DNA of 64,000 nt from the human T2T-CHM13v2.0 reference genome, Homo sapiens. How positions within the stretch are numbered: position 1 is the stretch's first letter; every line of letters starts with the position of its first letter. The position numbers were made by a program, and so were the translations under genes. Under the pieces are notes generated by a model. That model searched no databases, had not been told where the DNA came from, and saw nothing but the letters and a program-made list of their open reading frames with translations. The stretch lies in assembly GCF_009914755.1 (NCBI RefSeq), contig NC_060925.1. The stretch is one strand, 5' to 3'. Below are positions 1-13,230 of the stretch, piece after piece.

Positions 1-266
<266 letters not shown>

Positions 267-404
267 ATGAGAATATATTTCTAGAGTTCATTGCATTGCT
301 AGTGTTTTGAAATTAAAGATGGCCCTACAAGGGAGGCCCCACCCCTGAACTCTTTGGAAGGAACATGAGTTAGGTTTACCATGGTAAAGAGGAAATCCAT
401 ACTA

Positions 405-880
<476 letters not shown>

Positions 881-1651
881 TAATAATAATGATAATAGAA
901 GAATGAACTCATGATTCTGAAGAAGCTGCAAAAGCCCGCAAATTCTGGTAACATGAAACTAGACCTCTGGTTGGGTAGACCACAGTTTTCTTTTGGATAG
1001 AGTCACTTTCTCATATGATACTTAATAAAATTATTAAGTAATGATGAAATAACATTTTTAAAATATCACATAAATTTAAATAACAGTTTATAGTTTTAAA
1101 TATGTTTGGTTTATTTTTTTCTAATGGGAACAGGATGAAAGGCATATACATTCTTTAAGCCAAACCTTTAGCGTCGTATCAAATATGTTGCCTGACTTAT
1201 TGGTGGTGGAGTTGGTAAGATTAAGATAATGGCTCTTATGAAGAGCAGCTTTATGAACCACTTCATTCTTCCAGCCAGTAAGATAGCTATCACTGGTTTT
1301 ATCATGTGGTCTTGATTTTCATTTTATATATGTTCACTCATTTACAGCTCAAAAACAAAATATATGAGGAAAAACTAATCCGAGTTATAGAAATTAGATT
1401 CTGATTTTAGGATGCACTGTTAATTTCTCTCTATACACAAAAAACATGAACTTGTTTGCTTTTCTTTTGCAAGGAGTGTGCTTTTTATCTTTCATTTTTA
1501 AAATGTTGAAATAATCTTAAACTCACAAACATTAGAAGCACAGTACCTATGTAACATTTTCCCCCTGAATTATTTGAGATTAGGTTGTGGACATGAAGCA
1601 TCATCACTCTGAGTACTTCAGCGTATGCTTCTAAGGACACTTTCCTATGTA

Positions 1652-1735
1652 CTAGGTTGGTGCAAAAGTAATTGTGGGTTTTGTCATTACTGTCAATGGC
1701 AAAGACCACATGCAATTACTTTTGCACCAACTGAA
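1652..1735. mobile_element. MADE1 (Hsmar1-derived MITE, palindromic)
   Basis: taggttggtgcaaaagtaattg…caattacttttgcaccaac terminal inverted repeats, ~80 bp, TA-flanked. Confidence 0.93.
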
Positions 1736-1748
1736 TAACTGCAATATG

Positions 1749-1985
1749 CAGATTGAATATCCCTTACTTGAAATGCTGGGGACCAGAAATCAGTGTTTTG
1801 GATTTCGAGCTTTACAGATTTTGGAATATTTGCAATTATACTAGTTGAGCATCTCAAATTTAAAAATCCAAAATCTGAAGGTGCTCTCATGAGCATTTTT
1901 ATGAGTGTCTCATTGGTGCTCAAAAAGTTTTAGATTTTGGAGCATTTCAGATTTCAGATTTTTGGATTTGGGATACTCAGCCCTC
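1749..1985 (+). mobile_element. Tigger4a/MER46A-type DNA transposon
   Basis: cagattgaatatccctt…aaatgctggggaccagaa…ttggaatatttgca…gggatactcag with TIR-like ends. Confidence 0.8.
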
Positions 1986-2099
1986 TAATAACAAAACTCA
2001 GGAAGTTAAGGTTGGTGCATTCCTACCATTTATTCCTCAAAACCAAGGTACTGTTCCCTGGGGGGTCTTCTGGCTAATGGAGACTGTCTGGGCTCAGGT

Positions 2100-2260
2100 G
2101 TTAGTTTTACCCCTAACTAACAATCACTTAACCTCTCTATGCTTCTGTTTCTTCCTCTGTGGTGCAGATGATAATAGTATCTATCTACCTCATAGGGTTA
2201 TTGCAAAAATAATTGTATGTGTGTAGAATGGATGAGTGCCTGGCACATGCTAAGCACTGT
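2100..2260 (+). mobile_element. MIR
   Basis: cacttaacctctct…tttcttcctctgt…gataatagtatctatctacctcataggg…gtgcctggcacat MIR core. Confidence 0.75.
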
Positions 2261-4389
2261 GTGTGTGTGTTGGCTTTTACTATTAACATCCCCCCTTCTC
2301 CACTCTGTGTGTGCTGCACTGTGCCTGCATGGTGAGAAACTATAACCCTTTACTCTCCACTAACCTCGCCTGCCTTTCTCACATGATCCAAGGAAAGTGA
2401 GAGGCAGCATTAAATTAAAGCTTGTGTATATTCTACTCATATCTTGTAGTCATTGCAAAGGCTCTTATATTTACAGGTGATTTTTAAAAAACCTGCTCTT
2501 TGTCCCACCTCTGGAGTTAGAATTAGTTCTCAGATACATTCATCCTTTCATGCATTGGGTGTCTATACAGAATTGTCATTGGGAAGTATTTTCAAAGCCC
2601 TAAGATGTGCTTTGCAAAGGAAATCTTTCAGGGCTGTAAGAATGGATAATTTCCTGGCTATTAGTTGAATAAGAAAGACATATTTTGCCTTTCAGAGATT
2701 GTTATATTTTATAATGCAGAAATGGTTTTGAATATATTTAGTTTTTAAATTTTCAGTAGGTGGTGTGCTAAAGCTTAGTGTCCTTAGCTAGGTCTCATGT
2801 TACAAGTAGAGGAGGAGATGGGAGAGGGAATTGGTTTGGCTGGCCACCATTTCTATGAGGAAGGGCACCTGGAAATGGAAAGAAATGAATTGACTACCAC
2901 ATCACCCCCGGAGGCCATGGCTAGGTTGAATGAGAATGATGGTGTTGGCATGAGTTGGATGAACCTTATTTTTTAAAAACTGATAGCCATCCAGACACAA
3001 AAGCACAAATACTGTATGACTCTGCTTACGTGAACTTCCATCACTTTCCAGAGCCTGGCTAGCTGAGACGGAGGAGGTGGGCGGCACCTGGGGAGAAGCA
3101 GGTGGGCTTCCCTGGAGCAGGGCAGCCATGCTGGGAGAAGCAGAAATGAGGTGGAAGTGGGAAGACATCAGCTTTTAACATGAACCATCATTTTCAATTA
3201 GTAATAATGAAAGGCAGTGAGAACCCTGCTTTTAGCAGGGTGCTTGGGAAGAGCAAGTAATTCGTGCATTTTAGGGTTCAGTTTGATTTCCAGCTTTTTT
3301 TCTACTGGCTGTCAGCTCTGGGCATACCAGTACCTGCCTCACCAGCATGTATATGTGAGCACAAAACATAGTACTTGCCACATTCTAAACAATAAATATA
3401 ATTTCTCATTATTAGGTTTTTCATTACTGTTTCAGTGCCTTCCTCTGACCCCACTATATACTGCGGATCTCTGTGATTTCTTCCATGTCTGCTTTGTCCT
3501 GTGATTCCCGGAATAGAGTCTGTTGGTCTCTGTCGCTAATGTAATTGAAAAGGCTCTACAAGCTTTGGATGAGTGAAGGAAGCTGAAATCTTTGTTTTAA
3601 TCTACACATACTTCTACCTCCCATATTATAGATCTGGCAACCTTAAAATTGCTGTCTGTGGTGTGGATATTTATTTATGGGGCTGAACAAAGTAGCCTTG
3701 GTTTTGGTTGAGAGAAGAGATCATTTCTATTTTTAAAAAATTTGTGTTAAATATAATTTTAGGAAGAACTTAGCATCTTATCCAGGTCAATGTAAAATCA
3801 AATGAAACACATCAGCTCTCCCTACAGGTAGATCTCTCCTTAGAGAAGAGCTCTGTGCAGAAGACTTATGAATAAGTGGAATTTATATATCTCGAATCCC
3901 GTTTTTCCTGAATTATGTAATTATTTTAGGTCAGTGATGTAGTAAATGAGGTCTGTCATGTTTTGGCTTTGAGTTTCTTTATTCTCACCTATGCTGTGTC
4001 CATTGTCTGTAAAGAGATACTTAAGCACATAAAATAATCTTGTCATTTAAAGGTGTCCCACAGGGAATCTTAGTGTCAGTAATCACCTGTCATATGTCAG
4101 GTGGCGAGGTACCAGGCATGATGGGATGTTCCAGGGATGAGTCAAGGGTGTCGCCGGAAGCTAGGGACAGGCAGGGTCTGGACAGGCGTCAGACCCCCCC
4201 TCGAGGGTGAATTCCTGTGTCCATTACCTCTTGTCTGAAAGGGACAGAATTAACTCAGGCCCTACTCAGTCAGATGGCCAACCCAAGAGGCGAGACTGGT
4301 GGGTGGGATGCAACCACCACCCGTTAGGTGTTGGGAGCAGTGATTCTGCCTGGGGGACTATATCATCATGATTCTGGCCGCCTGGTCTT

Positions 4390-4522
4390 TTTTTTTTTTT
4401 TTTTTTTTTTTTTGAGATGGAGTCTCACTCTGTCGCCCAGGCTGGAGTGCAGTGGTGTGATCTCGGCTCACTGAAAGCTCCGCCTCCTGGGTTCACGCCA
4501 TTCTCCTGCTTCAGCCTCCTGA
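4390..4522 (-). mobile_element. 5'-truncated AluY (right monomer + poly-A)
   Basis: T-run then gagatggagtctcactctgtcgcc…aagctccgcctcctgggttcacgccattctcc (AluY diagnostics); TSD ctggccgcctggtctt 4374-4389 / ctggccacctggtctt 4538-4553. Confidence 0.92.
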
Positions 4523-4998
4523 CTAAGTAAGACTTCACTGGCCACCTGGTCTTCTTACTCACAGTCCGACCCAAAGGGAGAGAAGGGCACTGGCTACATG
4601 ATCAGAGGTTCAGGAGGAACAAGCATGCTAGTTAGAGAAACCAAGGCAGTGTCGTTTATATGGACTGTACCAGTTTCGTGGTGTCAGGAAAAGGCTGTGA
4701 CTTAAAGGGTCTGCCATAGCCCAGCGCTATGGGATGCCTGGTGTGAGCCTCAAGCACAAAGTCAGGCTCCCCAGCTAGCGCATGGAGTTGCAGCTCTTCA
4801 AATCCCCTGCTCAGGGCAGACCCAGAGATGGGACAGGGTTGTTCTCTCAGGTGGAAAGCTCCAGGACTACAACTAGGTGGGGCTTGGAAGGCCAAGGTTG
4901 ACCCTCCACTCACTGCCACACCAGCCTCTCCCTGCCCCACCCCCCCTCACCTGCTTCCCTTTGGCTAGTGTGGTGTTGGGCTTTTGAAACATATTTCG

Positions 4999-5295
4999 GG
5001 CTGAGTGCGGTGGCTCACACCTGTAATCCCAGCACTTTGGGAGGCTGAGGTGGGAGGATTGCTTGAGCCCATGAGTTTGAGACAACCCTGGGTAATATAG
5101 ACTATGTCTCTACTAAAAAAATTAAATATTAGCCAGGCGTGGTGATGCACACCTGTAGTCACAGCTACTCTGGGGGCTGAGGTGGGAGGATTGGTTTAAC
5201 CCAGGGGGTTGAGGCTGCAGTAAATGTGATCGCACCGCTGCACTTCAGCCTGGGTGACAAAGGAAGACCTTGTCTCAAAAAAAAAAAAAAAAAAA
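4999..5295 (+). mobile_element. Alu (AluJ-type), followed by (TA)/(TG) microsatellite to ~5335
   Basis: ggaggattgcttgagccc AluJ diagnostic; poly(A) tail. Confidence 0.92.
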
Positions 5296-5474
5296 CCCAT
5301 ATATATGTGTGTGTGTGTATATACATATATATATTTTAAGTGAACATCTGAGACACGAATATTACAAACGGACTCATATATTGGAAAAGTGGAAGGTACC
5401 TGGGAGATCTCCTCTCATGGCCTATATTTCTAGAGAGAGCTTACACTTGCTGAGACACTTACGCTACTAGAGAG

Positions 5475-5641
5475 CAGTGTTTCTGCACCAGAATCTCCTG
5501 GAGAGCTTGTTAAGTTTAATTGCCGGGCTCCTTCCCCAGAATTTTGGAATTGGTATGTCTGAGGTGGGGCCTGAGAAGCTGCGATTCCAACAAGTTCCCA
5601 GGAATGCTGCTGCTCCAGCAGCCACATCTTGAGAACTACTG
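5475..5641 (+). mobile_element. MER5A (hAT-Charlie) DNA transposon
   Basis: cagtgtttct…agaatctcctggagagcttgtt…gtggggcctgagaa…aacaagttcccagg…ttgagaactactg. Confidence 0.75.
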
Positions 5642-5757
5642 TGGTAGAGCAATCCATTTAGTCATACTATGAATTTAAATTATAAATATAGTTGTCTAGT
5701 CTACCATTACTATAAATATCTTTTATTGATATGCTTGTCTATGTCTCTTTTGAACAG

Positions 5758-5793
5758 GTATTTTGATGTTGGACTGCATAATTTCTTAATCAG
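5758..5793 (+). CDS. HHAT: Internal 36-nt coding exon (probably exon 9) of protein-cysteine N-palmitoyltransferase HHAT (MBOAT family); encodes (R336)YFDVGLHNFLI(R348), phase 2-2
   Basis: Acceptor tgtctcttttgaacag and donor CAG|gtaagc. Only one frame is open (the other two hit TGA/TAA). Peptide matches recalled HHAT sequence GMWRYFDVGLHNFLIRYVYIP including catalytic Asp339. Too short for the ORF track. Exon number and residue numbering are from memory. Confidence 0.93.
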
Positions 5794-8080
5794 GTAAGCC
5801 AATAATTTTTATTTTAGATAACATTGAATAGCATGTCTATTATGAAAGATTGAAATGGAAAATCTTTGTTAAGTGTCTTGATAAATAATGGCACTTATAT
5901 ATATACTTGTCAAGAAAACATTGCTAACACTATGGTTTTTTCTGTTTCCCAGAATCACACGATTAAACAATTAAAGAAATCAATGTTTAAAGAGGCTTAT
6001 TTCTGAAGTGATAGTTACCTAAGATCTTGACAAGTATAATTCCAACTACTAGGCTGCTGGGAAAACTAATTGAAAAATTAGGAGTGCCAGCTTGTATTCA
6101 GACGTTAAACAACCCCCTTAACCAATTTTCCCTCCACTGAATTTAATCTTTTTAAGTGGAATCTTCCAGTTGCTTTATAGTTGTGAAGATACAACCTTGT
6201 TCATAATTGAAAGAGATTACAGATGGCAGTTTATATCCTAGTTTATTAATGATTTTTACCAGAGTTGGCTTATGGGACATATTAATTTCAAATAGCTGTT
6301 AAATCTAACAGAGGTTAAATGGAAATAGACCAGCATATTAATCATAGTTTTAAGAATATGCATATTTTGTCTGCTATCAACTTTGCTGTGTTTTCTAAAT
6401 GTATTAATATTGAGCATGTATTACTCTAATACTGGTAAATAATGATCGTTAAAATGCTTGTCAGAAATATTGAGGGAAGCAGAAATGGTTGCCGAAAGAC
6501 TGCAAGCTAAAGATGACAAGGAAACCAGAAATTATGTAGAGCGATTTGCTTTCTGCAGGTATGCATCTCTAAATGCTAGTTAATTCTGACTAATAGCCTG
6601 ATAATGAACAGTCTGTAGACTCCATGTGATTTTTGGGTAAGTGTTATGGTGGTTCTTTTCTGTACAATGCATGGCCATCTCCCTATTGGTAAGATGCTCT
6701 TTGAGAGGAAGTGTACATAATTGACATCACCTTTATCCCCACCAAAAACCACATTTCCTCCACACTGGATATGGTGATGTTCCGAGTGAGGCCATGCATA
6801 CCTTGTCCTCTTTGACCTCTTTTCCAAGGCTCATCCAAGTCTGCACAATGAAATCTCCTCGGCCTCCCCCATACTCAAGGAATAAGGATGGTCCTGGCTT
6901 TCTCCAGGATCCAGACACAGATAGTAGTGTGTGAACTGCTATCTTCGACACAGCAAGGATAAATACATTTTAGCAGGAGGGACAAAGAACCAGCAGTCAT
7001 GGGAAAGCAGGCATGAACATTCCATATTTGAACTGATCAGAAGAATCTGTCTGGATGTATTAATACTTCAGGGAGTAGTTCGAGTTTTTTATTTAATGTC
7101 TTTGGTGCTTTGTACAACTCCCATTGTACTGTTCCCTTAATGCCTTGTAGTGGATGCAAGTTTGTACTCTTCTTATTTTTTCTAGTAAATTTATTGAGGT
7201 CAGCGATCATGTCTTAGTCACCTATCAATGATTAGATTCAGAAACTTGTATAGGATCAACCTTCAACAAACATTAGGGCTAGGAGGGAATGAATGAGATG
7301 AGACAGAAAGGACAAGGGGGGTGAGGCAGGTTGAGAAAAAGCTGTACAGTCATTTATTCAGCAAATAACTTAAGCCTACCATGTCCACTTACTTGGATAT
7401 GTCTGGGAATGCTGTCACTTGCAAAAACAGACATTTGATTGGAAGCTTTCCATGTGTTTATCCCTTGCCAGGCCTGTAGTTAGAGAGAGCAGTGGTCTGC
7501 CTTTGCGATCCCTCTTCTCTTTCCTTCTGGGCTCCAACCATTCCTCCTATGTTGGGTCTGGAGGAAGGAGAGGCAGTGGTCAAGTGTCTCTAATGTGACT
7601 GAGACTGGTATCCCCTTGCTCTGGCAGGAGGCCCTTTTGGGCAGGTGCTGGAAGATGCTCTAACTGGTCACCTTAACCAGTGTTCTGTGAAGCAAGCAGA
7701 ACTGGGAGGGTAAGGCTTCTCTCTACCTTGCTGTGCTGTATTCTGTGTTTCCTTTCCCTCATTCAGGTAGGGGGCAGAGTAAATCAGCAGGTTTATTGCT
7801 TATCCAACTGGGGAATGAGAAGTCAGTTTTGCAGGCATCCCTAGCCTCTGGGAGTAGATCTCTTCCTCTCCCATCACATGACAGTGCGCCCCAACAAGCA
7901 AACAACTTAATGACTCCAAGGAGTCCCTTCATCTTTCCTCTTCCCAGCTTGGGAGTAAGGGGTAGGGGTGTTAAAGATGGTGGCTGGGAGCAGAGTCAGT
8001 TCTCCATCTCACAGTAATCCCAGAATGGGGTGGATCTCACCTCTGTATTTGTAGCTCTCTTCAGAAAGTGAGTATTTTCA

Positions 8081-8696
<616 letters not shown>

Positions 8697-9880
8697 GGTA
8701 TTTTCTGCCCCCAGCTTGGGAGGGAAGTCAAACCTGATGGGACCCAGCACCATTTATGACTGGACACCTTAGTAAGAACTGTTTCACTGGGACAGTGACC
8801 CTGAGGCTAGGTTGAAGACGGTGGGGTTAGCAGTGAGGGAATGGCAGCAGCAGCTCCTTTAAGAAGATAAGCTGTGAAGGGGAAGAAAGAAAGACAGGGC
8901 AGCTGGTGGAGAGGGCGGGTGGAGTGGATATTTTTTTCTTTTTAATGGGATGAACTCTTGTATTTAGCCACCAGAAGGTCTTAAGTGTCCTTTAGACTTA
9001 GAGAAAGCAGTTTCATTTAGGTGGAGAGAAGTAGAGCCTGATTCCTAGGGGGAGTGAGCGGTCCCTTAGTAACCTCAGACAGCAATGGCATTTTCTTGTA
9101 AATATGTCATTAGAGAAAACCTTAGAGGGTTGGAAGAGTGAGAGGGATGGTACTTAAGGAATCCTTCTCACTCTATAATGGACAAGAGAAGAAAATATAC
9201 TTCCCTTTGTAAAAGAGCAAATGTGGGAGAAATTGTCATACGTTCCCCACACCCCCTCAAGATTAACTACATTTATTAGCTCCAACAAGCTCTTAATGTG
9301 CAGTTTGGTTTGTCAGGCTGTATTGAATGCTTAGTGTTTGGCATAAAAAAAAAAAGCTGCAGCATGCCCTGAAATTAATCAGCTGCATCTTTTAAATTGA
9401 TGGAAGTCATGTCGACTTCTCTGGAATGACGTAAATTTCCACAAAGCCAAGAGCCCTATCTTTGATCTCAGACTAGGCATTTGCAAGGAGGGACATGCTT
9501 CCTTTTAAGCCTTGGAGTGCTCCACTGAGCCATGGGGGCAGGAAAGAGCTGTCACATTTAATGAAATGTGGGCACTGTTGATATTAGTGTTTTGTGATGA
9601 CTGTGGGAAAATTCAGTGAGCCCAGTCCTGCATCTTATAGAAATCATAGACAGAAGCAGCAATCACAACTCACCTAGGGATGGCCTCAGAAGAAGCCTAC
9701 TGGCTGGAGTTCTTAAATGTGACACCGCACAAGAAAAGGTGACCAACCTGGGGAAAGAGATTACAGAATAAAAATCTCTGTTTCATTATAGATAACAGGG
9801 TGGCTTGTTTAAATTTAGCTTAGTTTAGCTTTGGCAAGAAAGTAAGTGATTTTGGTTTGATTCTTGCTGACTGAGGCATT

Positions 9881-10020
9881 TTTCTTTTATTTTTCTTTCT
9901 TCTTTTATCTTTGAATAGATATGGGGTTTTGCCATGTTTCCCAGACTGGTCTTGAACTCATGAGCTCAAGCGATCCTCCCGCAGTGCTGGGATTACAGGT
10001 GTGAGCTACTGCACCTGGCC
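9881..10020 (-). mobile_element. FLAM / free left Alu monomer
   Basis: ggtcttgaactcatgagctcaagcgatcctccc…gtgctgggattacaggtgtgagc…ctggcc, single monomer. Confidence 0.85.
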
Positions 10021-10079
10021 AGCACTTTTCATCTTACTCAGAATTGTAGCCAGCACTGTCTCTTTTAAGATAAAGGTGT

Positions 10080-10440
10080 ACATGTGGTCTCACTTATATG
10101 TGGAATTTAAAAAAATTGAACTCATGGAAACAGTAGAATGGTAGCTACCAAGGTCTGGGAGTAGGGACTGAAGAAATGTCAAGGAATACACAATTTCAGT
10201 TAGAGAGGAGAAGGAAGTTCAAGAGCTCTATTGTATCATAGGGTGACAATAGCTAATAATGATGTTTTCTTGAAAATTGCTAAGACAGGAGATTTTAGGC
10301 TTTCTCACCACAAAAAAGATAAATATAGGAAGAAATGCATGTGTTAATTAGCTTGATTTAACCATTTCACAATGTAAAAGTATTTCAAAACATGTTGTAC
10401 ACCATAAATATATACAATTTTTGTCAGTTAAAAAATAATA
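10080..10440 (+). mobile_element. L1MA-type 3' end
   Basis: tctcacttatatgtggaat…agtagaatggtagctacc…tgttaattagcttgatttaaccatttcacaatg…accataaatatatacaatttttgtca. Confidence 0.8.
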
Positions 10441-10529
10441 TTTTAAAAACGATGAATGATACTTGTTTTGTTGCCTCCCCCACCTCTGACTGCTCCTATC
10501 TGACCTCCTCAGGTGGGGCAGTAGTTTTC

Positions 10530-10563
10530 AGCAGGATAACATCATGAGCAGGATAACATCATG
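10530..10563. repeat. Perfect 17-bp tandem duplication (AGCAGGATAACATCATG)x2
   Basis: Read directly: 10530-10546 and 10547-10563. Confidence 0.95.
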
Positions 10564-11060
10564 ACTTTAAAAAAAATTGACACACTGTATTTATATTTAT
10601 GGGGTACAATTTGACGTTTTGATGTATCTATGTTGTATAATGATCAAATCAGGTTAGTTAGCATATTGGTCATCTCATACATTTATTATTTGTGGTGAGA
10701 ACATCCAAAAGCCTCTCTTCTAACTATTTGGTAATATACAATACCTTACTGTTAACCATTGTCACTCTACTGTGCAATCGGACACCAGAACTTACTCTTC
10801 CTATCTAATTGAAACTTTGTACCCCTTTGCCAGCCTCTCCCTATCCTCCCCTCTCTACCCCCTCTATGGTAACCACTGTTTTATTCTCTGTTACTGTGTT
10901 ATGAATTTTTTTAAGCTTCCACATATCAGTGAGATCATGTGGTATTTGTCTTAGTTTGTCTGGATCTTCTCAGTTAACATGACGTCCTCCAGATCAATCC
11001 ATGTTGTCACAAATAACAGGATTTCATTCTTTTTTATGGCTGCATAGTATTCCATTGAGT

Positions 11061-11821
<761 letters not shown>

Positions 11822-12091
11822 GTGTGTATATGCCACATTTTCTCTATCTGTGCATCCGTTGTTGGACACTTGAGTTGATTCCATCTCTTGGCTATTGTCA
11901 ATAGTGTTGCAGTAAACATGGGAGTGCAGATATTTCTTCAATATACTGATGTTCTTTCCTCTGGACATATACCCAGTAGTGGGATTGCAGGATCATACAG
12001 TAGTTTGGTTCTTAATTTTTTGAGGAACCTCCAAACTGTTTTCCAAAGTGGCTGTACTAATTTACATTGTCACCAACAGTGTGCAATGTAA

Positions 12092-12532
<441 letters not shown>

Positions 12533-12624
12533 TGATGTTGAGTATCTTTTCATATACCTGTTGGCCATTTGTATATCTTCCTTTGAGAAATGTCTATTAA
12601 AGTCTTCAGCTCATTTTAAAACCC

Positions 12625-12931
12625 TTTGTTTTTTTGTTTTTTGTTTTTTTGAGACGGAGTCTCACTCTATCGCTCAGACTGGAGTGCAATGGCGTGATCT
12701 CAGCTCACTGTAACCTCCGCCTCCTGGATTCAAGTGATTCTCCTGCCTCAGCCTCCTGAGTAGCTGGGATTACAGGCACCCACCACCACGCCCTGCTAAT
12801 TTTTTGTATTTTTAGTAGAGACAGGGTTTCACTGTGTTGGCCAGGCTGGTCTCGAACTCCTGACCTCGTGATCCACCCACCTCAGCCTCCCAAAGTGCTG
12901 GGATTATAGGCATGAGCCACTGCGCCTGACC
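12625..12931 (-). mobile_element. AluS (Sg/Sc-like)
   Basis: ctcgaactcctgacctcgtgatcc; full length. Confidence 0.94.
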
Positions 12932-12934
12932 CAT

Positions 12935-13230
12935 TCTGTCTTTTAATTGGGGAATTTAATCCATTTACATTCAGGATTACTATTGATAAGTAAGGACTTA
13001 CTCCTGCCATTTTGTTAATTGTTTTTCAGTGGTTTTGTAGATTTTTTTTCCTTTTTTCCTCTCACTTTTTTTCGCTCTGGTTTGGTGGTTTTCTGTGTTG
13101 CCAAGCTTTGTTTGTTTTTGATCTTTCTCATTTGTGTATCTGCTGTAATTTCTTTGTGGTTACTATGGGACTAACAAAGAGTGCTGTAGTTATAATAGAA
13201 TTTTTAAAGCTGATAACAACTTAACTTTGG
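12935..13230 (-). mobile_element. Internal L1M fragment
   Basis: ttaattggggaatttaatccatttacattc…attgataagtaaggacttactcctgccattttgttaattg, recalled L1M internal motif. Confidence 0.65.

Noticed and set aside
6465-6558. Protein-looking alternative frame ILREAEMVAERLQAKDDKETRNYVERFAFC
   Set aside because: Not in HHAT phase and not a protein I recognise; purine-rich composition explains the charged look (kept only as a splice-site finding)
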